In this document: in pieces, positions 47,123 to 59,966 of the stretch
How positions within the stretch are numbered: the first letter of the stretch is position 1
Layout: each line of letters begins with the position of its first letter
The notes under the pieces: generated by a model
Databases searched by the model: none
The model's input: only the letters and a program-made list of their open reading frames with translations
What the model was told of the DNA's origin: nothing
Position numbers and translations under genes: made by a program
Assembly: GCA_004431415.1 (NCBI GenBank)
Contig: QPMI01000044.1
Span: 62,001 to 126,000 of the forward strand
Origin: Cyanophora paradoxa CCMP329
Taxonomy: Eukaryota; Plantae; Glaucophyta
DNA length: 64,000 nt
Reading direction: 5' to 3'

Positions 47123-50100
47123 CTAGCCCCTGATGAGGCCCTGCTCGATGGCGGCGGCGCCGACCCGCCGTGCGAGCGTCCCGTCGGCCCCGGGCACGGG
47201 CGCCGCGGCCGCCTCCCGAGAGACGCTGCTGCGGCGGCCCTCGATCCGCTCCCGCTCGTCCCGCGCCCAGTGCGTCGCCTGGGGTACGATGTTGACCGTG
47301 GAGGGCGGCAGGTCCAGCCGCTGCTGAGGGTTCGGCGCAGCCGTCGGCCCGTAGCGGTCGGCCCGCGCCGCCGCCGCCAGCTGCGCGGCCGAGCCGGGGC
47401 GAGACACGGGCCTGGAGCCGGGCAGCTCCGGAGTGCTAACCGAGGACCCGAGCCGCGGCTCCGCCGCCTTTCTACCGGCGGGCCCCGGCCCCCGCCCGGG
47501 GCCGGCCTTGCCATCCGTGAGGGGCGCCCCGACGGCCGGCGGCGCCGCGCCCTCCGCGATGAGCTCCCAGGGCTTGCCGGTCGTCGGCTTGGAGCCGGTT
47601 TTGGGGGGGGCGGGGAGCAGGGGCGGCGGCTGGAGCGGGGAGAGGCCGCCGGGGGGCGGCGAGGGCGGGCGGGGCGCCCCCAGGCCAGAGGCCTCGAGCG
47701 ACCCGTAGGACTCCCGGACGACGCGGTCGCAAGAGAGGCAACGAGGCTGCGGGGCGGGGGGGGGGCGGGGCGGGGCGGTTTAATTTTAGACCACGGGGAA
47801 CGAAGGAAGATGAGGCGTACCCCGGCGCCGCCCTTGGCCCCACCCAGCACGACCGACGAGATCCGCTGCGCACGAAGTGAGTTGGGGGGTACAAGGCGCT
47901 CCGCCACGGGCGGGGTGAAGGAGGGAGGGGTACGCGCCTTCTCGAGGGCAGCCAAGTCGGACCGGTCGGCCTTGAATTCCACGGCGTACCGGATCGATGA
48001 TATGTTCTCCTGCTCCACCTGGGGGGTACGTGTCAGCAGGCGGGGTACAGGATAGCGGGCGGGGGTGCGGCTCGCGCCTTCGACGCGAATTGGATGTGCG
48101 ATTGCCGCAGGTTCTCGAGCTCCCGCGCCACGCGGTCCTGTACCCCGGTTAAGTTGGGGGGGGGGGGGAAGTAAGGCGGGGTACGCGAGCGGACCATCGC
48201 GGCGACGTCGATCTTCGTGGCGAGGGCGCGGTCCAGCTCCTCCGAGTCCGCCTTCTGCACCTGGGGGTACGAAATTCATTCGTAAGTAGGTGAGGGGTAC
48301 GGGAACTTCGCGGGGGGTACGGCGCGCCTGGAGGCGGTGGAAGCGGCGGTTGAGCTCCTCGAGCGCCATCGCGATCTGATTGGGGGGGGGGTACGGCGTC
48401 AGGTTCGGGCCTATTTTTAGACCTCGGGGGATCGTTCGCTTGCCTGGGCGTCCGTGAGGATGGCCTCCCGCGGCTGCAGCGCGGGGAGCGACTCCAGGCG
48501 CTGCCACGGAGATCCGGGGTCAGCGGGGCGGTGCGGCGGGGCGCGGCGGTGCGGCGGGGCGCGGCGGGGCGGGCGATCACGTCCCGTCTACCTAGCGCGT
48601 CCTTCTTTGATAGGTTGCTTTAACGGGTTGCTGTGGTAACCTAGTCCCCTAGATGCATAGCCGAAGCCCCATAGATGCATAGCCGAACCCCCATATCATA
48701 GCCGAAGCTTGAATGAAAGCTCACCGCGAGGCGGTCGCCGGCCTCGGAGACGTGGGCGCCGATCTGGTCCGCCCGCGCCGCCAGCGCCTCGTGCGCGAGG
48801 CGGTCCGCCTGCGGGGAAGGAGTGGAAAAGCATGCGAGAAGAGGTTGGGGGGGAGGGGGGCAGGTGAAAGTGATGCGAGAAGAGGGGAAGGGGGAGGGGG
48901 AGGGGGTGACCTTCGTCTCGAGCTTGCGGTCCACCGCGCGGCACATCTTCTCCGCCCGCTCCATCTCCATACCCACTGGAAGGGGGGTACGGTGTTATCC
49001 AGGGGGTACGGGGGTGGAAATGAGAGGAAGGGGCGTACGGAAGCGGCGGAGCTCCTCGACGGAGCGCCGCGCCGTGACGTCGACCACCGTGTCCCGCTCC
49101 TGTACCCCCACTGTCCGTTAGGTGCTCGTCTCGGGGTGGGGGTGGGGAGGCAGGGAGGGGGGTACGTGCCTCGTCCGTGACTGCGCCGCGCCCGCCGACG
49201 GCGCCACCGGCCGCCACGCCCGCTGCTGCCGCGGCCGAGGTTCTCCTCGGAGCCTGGCGTACCCCCCAGGTCAGCGTTCCATCTACCCACACTTTCGGCT
49301 CCTCTTTCCTGTCTGGGTGGGGGAACAGTACCAGGGCAGGGAACGCGGCGAGGGGGCTCGAGTCGAATCGTTCGGTCAGCGCCTTCAGACCCGACTCCAT
49401 GTCCTTGGCCGAGGCCTGGGAGGGGGGGTACGGGGTTAGACGGACGGGCAGGGGGAGGGGGGGGGGCAGGACGCGCCTTGTCCCTCCTTAGCATGTCAAT
49501 GGAGCGCCGCGATTCCTGCACAGATCCCGCCGTTAGGGGTACGGGATCGGACGTGCGCGCGCGAGGGGGTACGCGCCTTCAGCTCGTCGTCGTGGAGGCT
49601 CACGATCTCCCGGAGGCTCTGCGGGAGTACCCCATGTTTGGACACGGCCGTACCCACCTCCGGGGGGTACGCACCCTGAATTCGTCCACGGGGGGGGTGG
49701 CGTTCGCGCGGCGGCTCGCGGCTTCGGCGGTCACCGTCGCCCTGGGGGGGGGGGGGAGAGGGAAGGGGGGGAATCTGTCAGCGCGCGTACCCCCGCCCAT
49801 TCCCGTACCCTTTCCACGCACTTGTCGAGCGCATCCTCCGCCTGATCCAATCGGCTCTTGATCTGCGGGGAGGGGTACGAGGTCGGTGACGAAGGAGGGG
49901 GGAGGAGCCGGGGGGTACGGAATTCCAACCTTCTTCAGCTCCCGCTGCATGGCGCTGATCTCCTCCTCGGTCTAGGAAAAAGAACTGTCAGCGACCCGAC
50001 CAAGGATCCCAAGGGAGGGGGGTACGGACCTTGTGCTGGATCTGCCGCAGCCGCTCCTCCTCCGCCGCCCGCCGCTCTGCAGGGGGGTACCGGCTCGGGA

Positions 50101-52102
50101 CGAGGAGGGGGGTACGGCTCCCTCCAGACAACGAACCGGCGGCTGCCTTGGCGAACGCGGTCATCTGCTTCTTCCCCCCCTTCTTCTCCCCGGGGGTACC
50201 GCCCTCTCCCGCGTCCGTCTCGGCCCCGCTGAGGGCCCCCGACGAGGAGGGCGGGGCGAGGGTCTTCGAGGCGTCGCCCGGCGCCTCCCCTGCGCTCGGG
50301 TGAGGCGGGGGAGGAAAGCACAGGGGGTACGTGCGCACCCTCCTTGGGGGCCTCGGGGGCGGCGGGCTCGTCCCCGCCCATGCGGCCCCTCGCGGCCTTG
50401 GCCTTCAGCAGAGACAGCTGTACCCCCCGCATCGTCGGTTGAGGATCCGGCGGGTACGCGAACGGGCGCGCGGACCTCGGAGGCCAGTTCGTCTACCCGG
50501 GCGACGAGCGCCTCTCGCTCCCGCACCTGAGATCGAATTCAACTGAGAAAGGGCCCCGACGGGATTCGAGCCCGCAGCCCGTGAACGAAACGAACGAACC
50601 TCCTCACCGCGCCGCATGATCAGCGCCCGCGAGACGGCGCGCTCGACCGCGTCCTGCGGGTACATCGTCGACTTCAGGGTACGCCGTTCTCGAAAATCGG
50701 ACCCGGCGCGCCTGGAACCCGCGCCCCTCGACGTCGACGGGGCCCCCCATGTTGCTGATGGACGACGGGGAGCGCCGCATCGTGGCCCGGAGCCCAGCGG
50801 GCCCCAGCCCCTGCGTCTGGCTGCTTGCGCTCCCGGGGCGCTGGCTGGCCCCGCTTCCGGGCCGCGCCCCGGCGCCCGCCGGCCCGGACGAGCCGGCCTC
50901 GGAGGGGGCGGACTCCAGGGGGGGTCCCGGCCGGGTCGTCACGCCGCCCTCGTCGATCTGAGATACGATCCTATCCGATCAGTTCAGATCAGATCTGATC
51001 TGATCTGATCTGAGCGCGCCTGCATCTGGAGGCGGGAGACGATGTCCTGCAGGGCCGCGATGTCCGGGCCGTGCTCCTGCGCCTCAGGTGAGCCTTCTCC
51101 CACCCCCCGGGGGGAGGAGTAAGGCCGGGGTACCTGCGCGACGGCAAGCCCCTCCTCCATGAGCGCCATGCGCCTCTCGTACACGCCGTACCTGCGGTAG
51201 GAAGGGAGGGGGACGATTCTCAGTGGGGTACGCGGTCGCTGCGCGGGGCGGGGAGGGGTACGCGCTTCAGCTGGAACTCCTCGCCCTGCGTCCGTATGCT
51301 CTTCCTGCGGCGGCGCGTCTCGGTCGGGGGCGCGGAAGGAAGGAAGGACGGGGCGCCGTGGATCAAATTCGAATTCGATCCGGGGCGAGGCCGGGGCTGA
51401 CCTGAGGTCGCTCAGCGCCGCGCTCGTGAACTTGTCGTTGTCCACGACCTGTTCCTTAACGTTAGATATCCGAATCCAAATCTATAAGATTCTTCTTATG
51501 AAGTTTATGTTATGTTATATTAGCGGACCTGCTTCTGGACGGAGAGGAGCTCCTTGCTCATGCGCTCGCTCATGGAGACGAGGTTCCTGCAGTCCTCCGA
51601 GACGCGCTCCACGTCGTCCGCGTTCCTCTTCGCGACCTGTCGGGCGGGCGGGAGGGCCGGCGGGCGAGCGGGCGGGCGTGCTCAGCTGTGCTCAGCTGTG
51701 CTGCGGCGGCGGTCGCGGCCGCGCTGGGTGAGGCGGCGCACCTCCTGCTGCGAGCGCAGGTTGGACGCCAGGGCGATCATGAGCTGCTGGAAGCTGCTCG
51801 AGACTGCGCGGGGCGGCGGACGAGGCTTAGCTACAAGGCGCTCGGGGCGAGCGCGCGCATTTCAGCAGCGGGGCGCACGGGCGACATGGATCGCCTTCTC
51901 GAAGCCGAAGTTATCTACTCCTAGGCTCCGCCACAGGTCGGCCGCGACTGCGCAAGCGGGGATTGTGAGCTGCGCGTTGCGGACGTTGCCGGCTCGCTGG
52001 ACCCGCCCCGAGCGTCCCAGGCTTAGCTATGAACGCAAAGCCTGCAGTATAGCGCCCGGCCAGTCTCCACAGCGCAGCACGGGCCGGCTCACCGACATCC
52101 AT
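47123..52102 (-). CDS. Large coiled-coil protein with C-terminal CLSCDR motif (QRICH2/DUF4795-like)
   Basis: Many short exons: MDV|VAADLWRSLGVDNFGFEKAIHVA..., repeated KAD-type coiled-coil units (RKLETK|ADR, QKADSEELDRALATKID, VEFKADRSDLAALEK), then PRCLSCDRVV (~47740); stop after EQGLIRG. Confidence 0.65.
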
Positions 52103-53351
52103 GGCTGGGGAGGCTTTCGAATGTTCAATGCTCTCTGTTTGCGGTCCAGTTGCGTATTTGCGCCCTGAGTTGAGGTGGAGGTAGCCCGGTGAAAAGTTCA
52201 GCGGCTAGAATTGGGTACAACAAATTTGAACAAAAAGCCAGCCAACACAACCGCACGTATCTACAGCCCAGCGCCTTGCCGCTGATGGCGCTCTACATCT
52301 GTGTCCCAGCAGTAGCATCTGCAGCGCTCCACGGAAGCGCACCAGCGATTCGACCGCGAGCCGCGCACAGCTGCCCGCCGGAGCCGATCCTCGCGCGCAA
52401 TGCACGTACGTGGCGAGTCATGCAGGTGCCGCAACGAAATCGCCTCGCGCGCTGCCGGCGCCTCGAGTTCGCGCCGCTGATCATTTCGTCGCAGCACGCG
52501 CCCGCGCCGCAGCCCGCGCCCAGCGCGTTCCTTGGCACCCGCTTTTTGAGGAGATCCTTCCACGTCTCAGGAAGGCAGCCCCACGCCGCCCGGCACCTTC
52601 GAACGCCGGCGCTGTTTCCGGTTGCGGCCGCGGCGGTCCCTCGGTGCGCCGCCGCCGCCTTCGCCGCTTCCCAACCCGGTCGGCATATCATTGCTTTCGT
52701 CTTAGGGGCAGCTGCCCTGCTGGGCGCTGCTCTCGTCGTCCTCTTGGCTTCCAGCGTCGTCCTCCTTTGCATCAGCCTCGGCCTGGGGCTCGCGGACGCG
52801 CGGCTCCGCTCGCGGCACGCCCACCCTCCGCACCACCCGAAGTTCAAATCGCACGTGGAAGCCATCCGATGGCTCGCCTGCGCCATCCTGCAGCGCGCGA
52901 AGGAGCGGCGCCAGCGCCGGCTGCCCGACGAACGTTAACCCGTCTCCGCCGTCGCCTCTGCCGTCACCGCGGCGGCGGACGATTATGAGGAATGAGCTCG
53001 ATCTCGATTTCGTTTCGAGTGGCGACATGCCATTTCATTTTCATTTGGGGGCCGTAATTCACTTTCAACTAGTCTGCTCATATCGTAGAACTGTACAGTA
53101 CTTTCATCTGGACCTGTGCTCGATTCTATAGCTAGTGTATCGTTGTCTGCTAATCTATTTTCTGCTACGTAAGGCTGCTGAAGCGGCTAGGCTAGTGCCC
53201 GCGGTCGCTGTAGGACCGCGTGATCATCGCTGCGCGTCCTTGTGCTACAGACGCTTGTCGTGTGCTTTGAATCGCCGAGCCGGGTCGATCCGGCGAACTC
53301 CGGGAATTCCAAGTTCGGAAGCCGAAAACGGGGGCCGCCGGCCGCCCCCTG

Positions 53352-54728
53352 TCATCGCTTGGGGACGGACTGAACGCTGATGCTTCCCGACGCGCCCGAG
53401 GGCCCCGCAGGGACGTAGTCCTTCGACAGGTCGATGCCGATCTGCCCGGCGGCGGCGGCGGCGCGGCGGCGGGTGAGACGGGGCGCGTGCGTGCGCGCGC
53501 GCGCGCCCGGGTGGGGCGGAAGGCGCGCTCGCTCGCCTCGGACAAGTGCGTGTTGGTTAGCTTGATCTTGCGCTCGCGCTTCTTCCGCTGCTTCTTCTTC
53601 TTTCCGTCGACCACCGCTTCGTCCTGCGCGGGACGCGTCAGCGGGGCGCAGCGCTTCCGCCGCAGCGCGGCGGCGGCGGCGGAGGCGCGGCGGAGGCGGT
53701 GGGGGGATGCGGGCTCGCCTGCTTCATGAGAGACAGCTTCGCCAGCTTCATTTCCTTGTCCAGGTCAATGGCCGGCGGCATCTGCGCGGCGGCGGGCAAG
53801 CGGCATCGGCGGCGGGCGGCGGGCGGCGAGCCCAAGCGCGCACCTTGTACTTCACGTCATTCCATAGACTCCTAATGTCTATGTCAATCTCCATAACGTT
53901 CTTGTACTCGAGGTAGTTCGAGAAGTAGAGAGTCTGCGCGGGGCAGCATCAGCGCGGCCGGCAGCGTCCGGCAGGGTGCGCGGGGGCCGAACCTTCTTCT
54001 TTGTCTCTGCGTTGAGGATGCCGAATATCTCGCGAATCTGCAACAGCTCCTGCGCCGCGGCTGTGGGCAGAGGCGGCGCGGCGAGCGCCGTAAGGGAACG
54101 CTCACGTCGATGTCCTTCTCCACGTTCGGGTAGGCGTCTTCGAGCTCCTCGATGGGAATCCCGTCCGGATTCCGCGCCAGCAGCCGCACGATGTCATCCT
54201 TGTTCAGCACGGTGTGCCGCGACTGCGCATCCACGCAGTTAGCGAGGCGGCCCGCGAGCGCCGCGGGGCGCTGCTGGCTGCAGCGGCGCATAGCTAACAC
54301 GTGCGCGGCTCATGCGGGAATCCGATGTCGGGGATGCACACCTTGTACGAAAAGCGCCCATCCTCGTACTTGATCTTGATGTTGTTCTTGAGCAGCTCGA
54401 GCAGCTCCTTGTTGGCATCGATATCCACCTCGTTGTTCGTCGCTGCCTTGATCTCGGCGGCGGTCTCCGCGTTGCGCGTCTTCTTCAGGTGTTCGAGCAC
54501 CTGAAGAAGGTACGCCTTCACCGGCTTCTGCCGGGCGGTCGCTGCCACCACCTTTTCGGACTCTGATTTCATCCAGGTGCTCTGCGCGCGCGCCGCGTTC
54601 GCCGCCGACGACTTCAAGCCGCCGCCGGGCTCCAGCTTGATCTGCGGCGTCGCCGGCGGCTCCATCTTCACCGCCACCGCGGCCGGCTCCTTCTCCTTCT
54701 TGATCTTCTTCTTCACCGGCTCGCTCAT
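53352..54728 (-). CDS. GTF2E2: Transcription initiation factor IIE subunit beta
   Basis: LLQVLEHLKK...LLELLKNNIKIKYEDGRFSYK|SRHTVLNKDDIVRLL...GIPIEELEDAYPNVEKDID|EL...IDIDIRSLWNDV...KKRERKIKLTNTHL: characteristic TFIIE-beta/TFA2 pattern. Confidence 0.92.
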
Positions 54729-54811
54729 CTTCGCCTTTGCAAGAGCGAGTCGCCGAGTCGGCGAGTCGGCGAGTCCGGCGACCGGGGTACGCGTGGAATC
54801 GAGGCACCGAA
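54729..54811. promoter_or_regulatory. Putative compact bidirectional promoter (83 bp between start codons)
   Basis: Lies between the TFIIE-beta ATG (54728, -) and the inferred WDR60 ATG (54812, +); four CGAGTC hexamers at 8-bp spacing (54746, 54754, 54762, 54770). Confidence 0.6.
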
Positions 54812-57800
54812 ATGTCGAAGGTCAGGCGCCTGGGCCGCGTGTGCTTGCGTGATTGAGCGGCGGCTGCCGCTATCTGCGGCGCCTCGCCGGGCCACGGGGC
54901 TTCCGCTGAACTCGCGCTCCGTTCGCAGCCGCGGAAGCCGGCGAAAGATGACTGGCTCGAAGCGGAGCTTGTGAGAGCCCTCTGCAGCGAGTGTACCGTC
55001 CCTAGCTAACGCCCGGACGATGCGCAGGCCACGCTCATGGGCGGCGCTCCCAAAGGCGAGTCTGGACCCCGCACAGCCTGCCTGCGTACGGCTATTCTGA
55101 CCGCCGCCCCTTGCGCTATGCAGAGAAGCCCAAGCCCAAGCCGAAGCGTGAGCCCCGCAGCTACCCGCCACCGCACACGAACCTGCTGAGCCGCTGTGCA
55201 GCCAAATCGGAGGCGGACGAGCAGCTTGAAGCTCAGCTCGCGAGCCTTGGAGTGGGAGGTGCTCCATTCCGAGCGCTCCCGCCGTGGCCCCGCGCTGAAC
55301 TCGCGGCGCAGGCCCCCCAGCCGCCCGCTCCGGCGGCGCCGAGGCGGCAGGGAAGCAAAAGTGCGCGAGGGCACCCGGTCGGGGCCATCGCGCCGGCTCA
55401 CGCGCGCGCTCCGCGCCGCCGCAGGCGCGCGTCGTCAAAGACGAGGGAAGACGACATGTTCGAAATGGTGCTGACGGACAAGCAGCGCAAGGAGCAGCAG
55501 GTGGGCGCAGCCTAGAGGAGAGGAGAGGCGGGCGCGCCTTCCTTCCTCTCGCGGCGCTTAGCGCGGGCGCAGGCTCAGTCCGCTGCCGAGGTCGAGTTCC
55601 GGCGGGCGCGGGAGGAGGAGGAGCGGATGAAGGCGGCCGCCGCGGCGGAGAAGGAGCGGAACCGGCAGCTTGCGCTGCAGGAGCTGGAGCGGAGGAAGCA
55701 GGCCGAGGAGAGGGAGAAGCAGAGGCAGACCGAAGAGGCGCAGCGGTACTTCGCTGAGCCGCCGAAGAAGGAGCCTCCACCTCCGCCTCCCGCCGCCGCC
55801 GCCCCCGCCGCGAAGCACGTTCCCTACCCTTCCTTCCATTCCTTTTTCTTTCCCTTCCTTTCCTTCTCACGTTGGACGCAGGCACGGGCACCATGCGAAG
55901 AAGGCGGCTCCCCCCGAGGAGGAGGAGGGCGGGGGGGACGACTACGACGAGGACTTCGAGGTGCGGGGGTGCCGCGATCCTTTCCGCCCCCGCGCCGCTG
56001 ATTCGCGTACCCCTCCGAAGGACTACGACGACGATTTCGAGGATGCGGACGGGGCGGAGGAGGAGGAGGAGCCACCCAAAGCGGCACCCCCCGCCGCAAA
56101 ACCTCTACCCCCGCCCCCGGTCCCGCCCCGCGCGCCGGAGCCCTCGCCGTCGCCCGTCGCCGGGGGCGCCGGAGTGGCGCCGAAGCCGCCGCACCCGCCG
56201 GGTACAGAGGCCCGCCGCATGTCCGACCTCCAGAAGGTCCTATTTGCGTAACCCCTCCCGCTCCATCCCCCGTCCCCTGAGAACGCCCCCGCAGAGCCTG
56301 GAGGCCGAGAACCAGGCCGCGCGGGCCTACGCCACCAAGTCCCCGGACGTGCGTACCCCCCCTCCCCCCGTTCCCCTACCTCGGAAAGAAATTTGATCTT
56401 TCGCCGCAGCCGTACGGGAGCCGGCCGGGCACGGCGAGCTCGGGGGGCGCGGGCATCGCGGAGCGGCAGCGCTCGCCGCTCATCCCGTCGGCGTCGCTCG
56501 CCGGCGGCTTCGTGAGCGTCTCGAGCAGCAACCAGCCCTCCACCGCCAACGTCCCAGACCGGAAGGTCGGCCGCCCCTGGCGCCGCCTAGCAGCCGCGCC
56601 TCTTTTGTTTCCTATCAATGAACGGGCGGCGGGCGGGCGGGCGCGCGCAGTTCAACGACGTGGCGGCGGCGAAGCAGCGGGCGCAGGCGGGCGCGGCGGC
56701 GGCGAAGCACCGGAAGCGGTGGGAGGAGCTCAAGGCGCAGGGCGTCGTGTTCGCCGAGCAGGCCTTCGAGATCCTCTCCCTCGCGGTGCGCCCATCCTTG
56801 CTTTTTGTAGCTTTCTTAGAGCTTTCTTAGTAGCTTTCTTAGTAGCTTTTTAGCTTAAGAGGTCATCCGCCCCTTCCATCATCCGCCCCCTCTCGCCCAT
56901 CCCTGACTGAACCTCGGCGGGGCGCGCAGCCGCTGACCCCGTACGAGTTCTACGCGCGGGGGTACGGCCGCGTCAACTCCTCGCCCATGTACGCCCAGAC
57001 GGGCGACGACAACTGCGCGGCCGAGGCCCAGACCGAGGAGCCGGACGTGCGCTAGGCTTTCCCTGTACCCCCCTTCGGCTTGCTTTTCGGCGTCGTCGTT
57101 CTCACGGGAGGGCGCAGCGGGACTCGGTGGCGTGCCAGTGGCCGGAGGACGCGGGCCTGGTTGAACGTTCCTCCGAGGCGGATGCCTTGGCGGACGGCCC
57201 GCCGGCGGGCCCCGCCGCCAGCCCGACGCCGGGCGCCGACGGCAAGCCGGCGGCGGCGCCCACGGCGGCGCAGTCGCGCCAGGCAGCGGCGACGGCGGAA
57301 CGCCTCCGGATCGTCAAGTCGGACCCCTCGCGGCTCGCGCGGTTCCTCCAGCGCGCCTCGCTCGTGATGGAGTCGTTGCTGGAGGAGAACTTGGCGCACC
57401 GGCCGGCCCCGCCCCCGCCCCCGGCGCCTTCCGGGTCCGCCCTCTCTGCCGCGCGGCACGCCTTCGCCTGCCCGAGGCTCCTCGCCGGCCGGGCCCTCCG
57501 CGGCGTTGCCTTCGCCCCGCGGGGCGGCGGCTGGGTCCTGGCCGCCTACGGCCGCTCCGAGGGCGGCGCGGCCGCCCTGTGCCCGGGCCAGGGCGTCCTC
57601 TGCCTCTGGAGCCTACAGAGCCCCGCCCTCCCCAACAAGCGAGCCCCTCCCCCTCTCCTACTCCCCTTTCCTCACTATCTATCGCAGGGTTCTGGTCTGC
57701 GAGGGCGAGCCGACCTGCTGCGCCCTCGACGGCCCCGCCGGAATCGCTTCGTTCGCGTTCGCGGGTACCGAGGAGGGCTCCGTCGCCTTGTGGGACCTTC

Positions 57801-59966
57801 GGGAGCCCGCCTCGGCCCACCGAGTCGCCGGTTCGAATCCCGGCGGGGCCCTTTAATTTGAATCTCGCTTGCTTGACCGCCCCCCCGCAGACCTGGACGG
57901 CAAGGGCGCCTCCGCCGCGCTGCGTACCCCCAGCTACTGCACGGACTGCATGAAGGAGGAGAACCACGCGGACGCCGTCGTGCGTGTACCCCTCCCCCCA
58001 CCCGACGTCGTGTACCCCTCCCGCCCGCCCGCCCGCTCAGACTCGCCGCGCCGCGTAGTGCCGTGTGGTGCCCCTGGCTCGCTCGGAGGCGGGCCCCTCC
58101 TCCTCCTCCTCCCCCTCCCCCGGCCCCTCTGCCGCCCCCTCCTCCTCCTCGGCCCCCCTCGACGCCGCCGCATCCGTCGCCGGTCCGCCCTGCACCTCCA
58201 ACGCCTCATCTCTCACCGCTTGCCTCACCCCTACCTATCCCTTAGGGACGGCGGCGATGCAGCTGGCGAGCGTGGACCGCGCCGGCTCCGTCGCCGTCTG
58301 GCTCGTCGTCGAGATGCGCGCCCCGGACCCGTGCGCCCCGGCCCCCGGCCCCGCCCCTTGCCCCGCATCCGCGCCCACCGCCTCCGCTTCAGGTCGGCGT
58401 ACGAGGCGGACTACGCGCTGGGCTTCGGGGCGCGCGTCAAGCTCCTCCGCTCCTCCCGCGCCGACCTCGACCCCCGCCGCCTCGTCCGCCCCCCGCCCCC
58501 GGCCCCGCCCCCGCCCCGCCCCGTCTTTAGGGAGAGAGCGGCGCGGCCGCCTCCCGTCCGCAAGAGCGTGGTCGGGGAAGGCCTCTCCGCTGATGCTTAT
58601 GCTTTGCTCTCCCCGCCCCGCCCCGCCCCTTCTTAAGGGCTCTAGATAGAGAGCGGGGCGGGCGGCCGCTCCCCCCTCCGCTGATGCCTCCCCCGCGTGC
58701 GCAGGCGCGGCGGCTGCCGGGGGCGGTGGCACCGGGCGTGGGCCTCTCCGCCAGCGACGCCGCGTTTCGCCCCGACGACCCCAGCCTGTCCGCCCCCGAG
58801 CCCCGCCCCAATCCGCCCCGCCCTCGAATGCAGAGGATCCTAGATCTAAATCTAGGCGGCCCCAGCCTGTCCGCCCTTGAGCTTCCCCGCCCAAACCCGC
58901 CCTGGAAGGCAGAGGACCGCCCGCCCCTCTTCCTAGACCACGCCCCTCACTAGACACGGACAAGCAATCGCGAGTCGGCTAACTAGCTAGCGCCTGGGCG
59001 CCCTTAGTCCTCGTGCCTCGCGCTAGACGTCTAGTCCTCACCCGCCCTCTGACCTGACCCGGGGCACGAACGCCCGCTCGCGATCGCAGGTACGTGCTGG
59101 CGTCGAACCTGCCGACGCCGCTGCACTGCGCCCGCTTCGGGGACCCGCCCCCGCCCCGCGTCTACGACGCCCCGCCCGGCATCGGCCCCGCCGCCTCCGC
59201 CACCTCCCTCGCCTTCTCTCCCTTCTTCGCCACCTACTTCCTCGCCGGATTCTCCACCGGCATCGTCTCGTGCGCCGCTGTACCCCCCTTGATCTCTTTC
59301 CCCCCCCTTTCCTAAATCTCCCTTGGCAGGCTGTACAGGGCAGGCCAGGCCGCGCCCGTCCGCTCGTGGACGGCATCCGAGGGGCCCATCACCGCCCTCG
59401 CGTGGTCCCCCACGCGGTGCGCACGAAGATCGGCGTACCCCATCGCCCCCGTTATTTCTGTTCCGAGACGCTGTACCCCCAGGCCCGCCGTCTTTTTCGC
59501 GCTGGACGGCGCCTCTACCCTCGCCGCGTTCGACCTCCTCAAGTCCGAGCGGGTGCGCGCTGGGTCCCTGCAACAAGAAACGGGGGCCGTCGGGATTTGA
59601 ACCCGTCCGGATCGCAGAAACCGATCTTCTGGGAGCCGCTCGCGCGGGACGGGTCGCCCGTCGCCGCCATCGCCGCGTCGTGCGCGTACCCCCTCTCGAT
59701 TCCCCCCCCCCCCTTGAACTCAGACCGGGTCAGGCGGGACAGGGCGCCGGGGTCGCAGCCGGCGCTCGCGGTCGCCTTCCGCTCGGGGGCCCTCGACGTC
59801 CACGTGCTCAGGTGAGCGCGCTCGCCCCCCGGTACCCCCCGATCCGGCCCGCCGGCTGCAGCTGACGCCGACGCCGCCTCGCGCGCGCGCGGGCAGCCCG
59901 GCGCTGGCGCAGGCGACGGAGAAGGAGGAGGAGCGCGCGCGGCACCTGCTCGACAGCGTGCTCTAG
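54812..59966 (+). CDS. WDR60: Cytoplasmic dynein-2 intermediate chain WDR60/FAP163 (retrograde IFT)
   Basis: DYDEDFE|DYDDDFED, LEAEN, PLTPYEFYARGYG...AQTGDDN...QTEE, RLARFLQRASLVMESLLEEN, LCLWSLQSPALPNK|VLVCEGEPTCC, FAGTEEGSVALWDLRE, LASVDRAGSVAVWLVVE, FSPFFATYFLAG, WSPTR|PAVFF; stop TAG 59964-59966. Confidence 0.9.

Noticed and set aside
47017-48507. 496-aa ORF and other long Arg/Pro/Ala-rich ORFs (e.g. 272-1063, 27911-28864, 54725-55894)
   Set aside because: GC-rich shadow frames or read-through of short introns; real coding exons lie in other frames or on the other strand.
52189-53028. Possible gene between the coiled-coil gene and TFIIE-beta
   Set aside because: Overlapping ORFs on both strands with no consistent frame, splice pattern or domain; cannot be supported.
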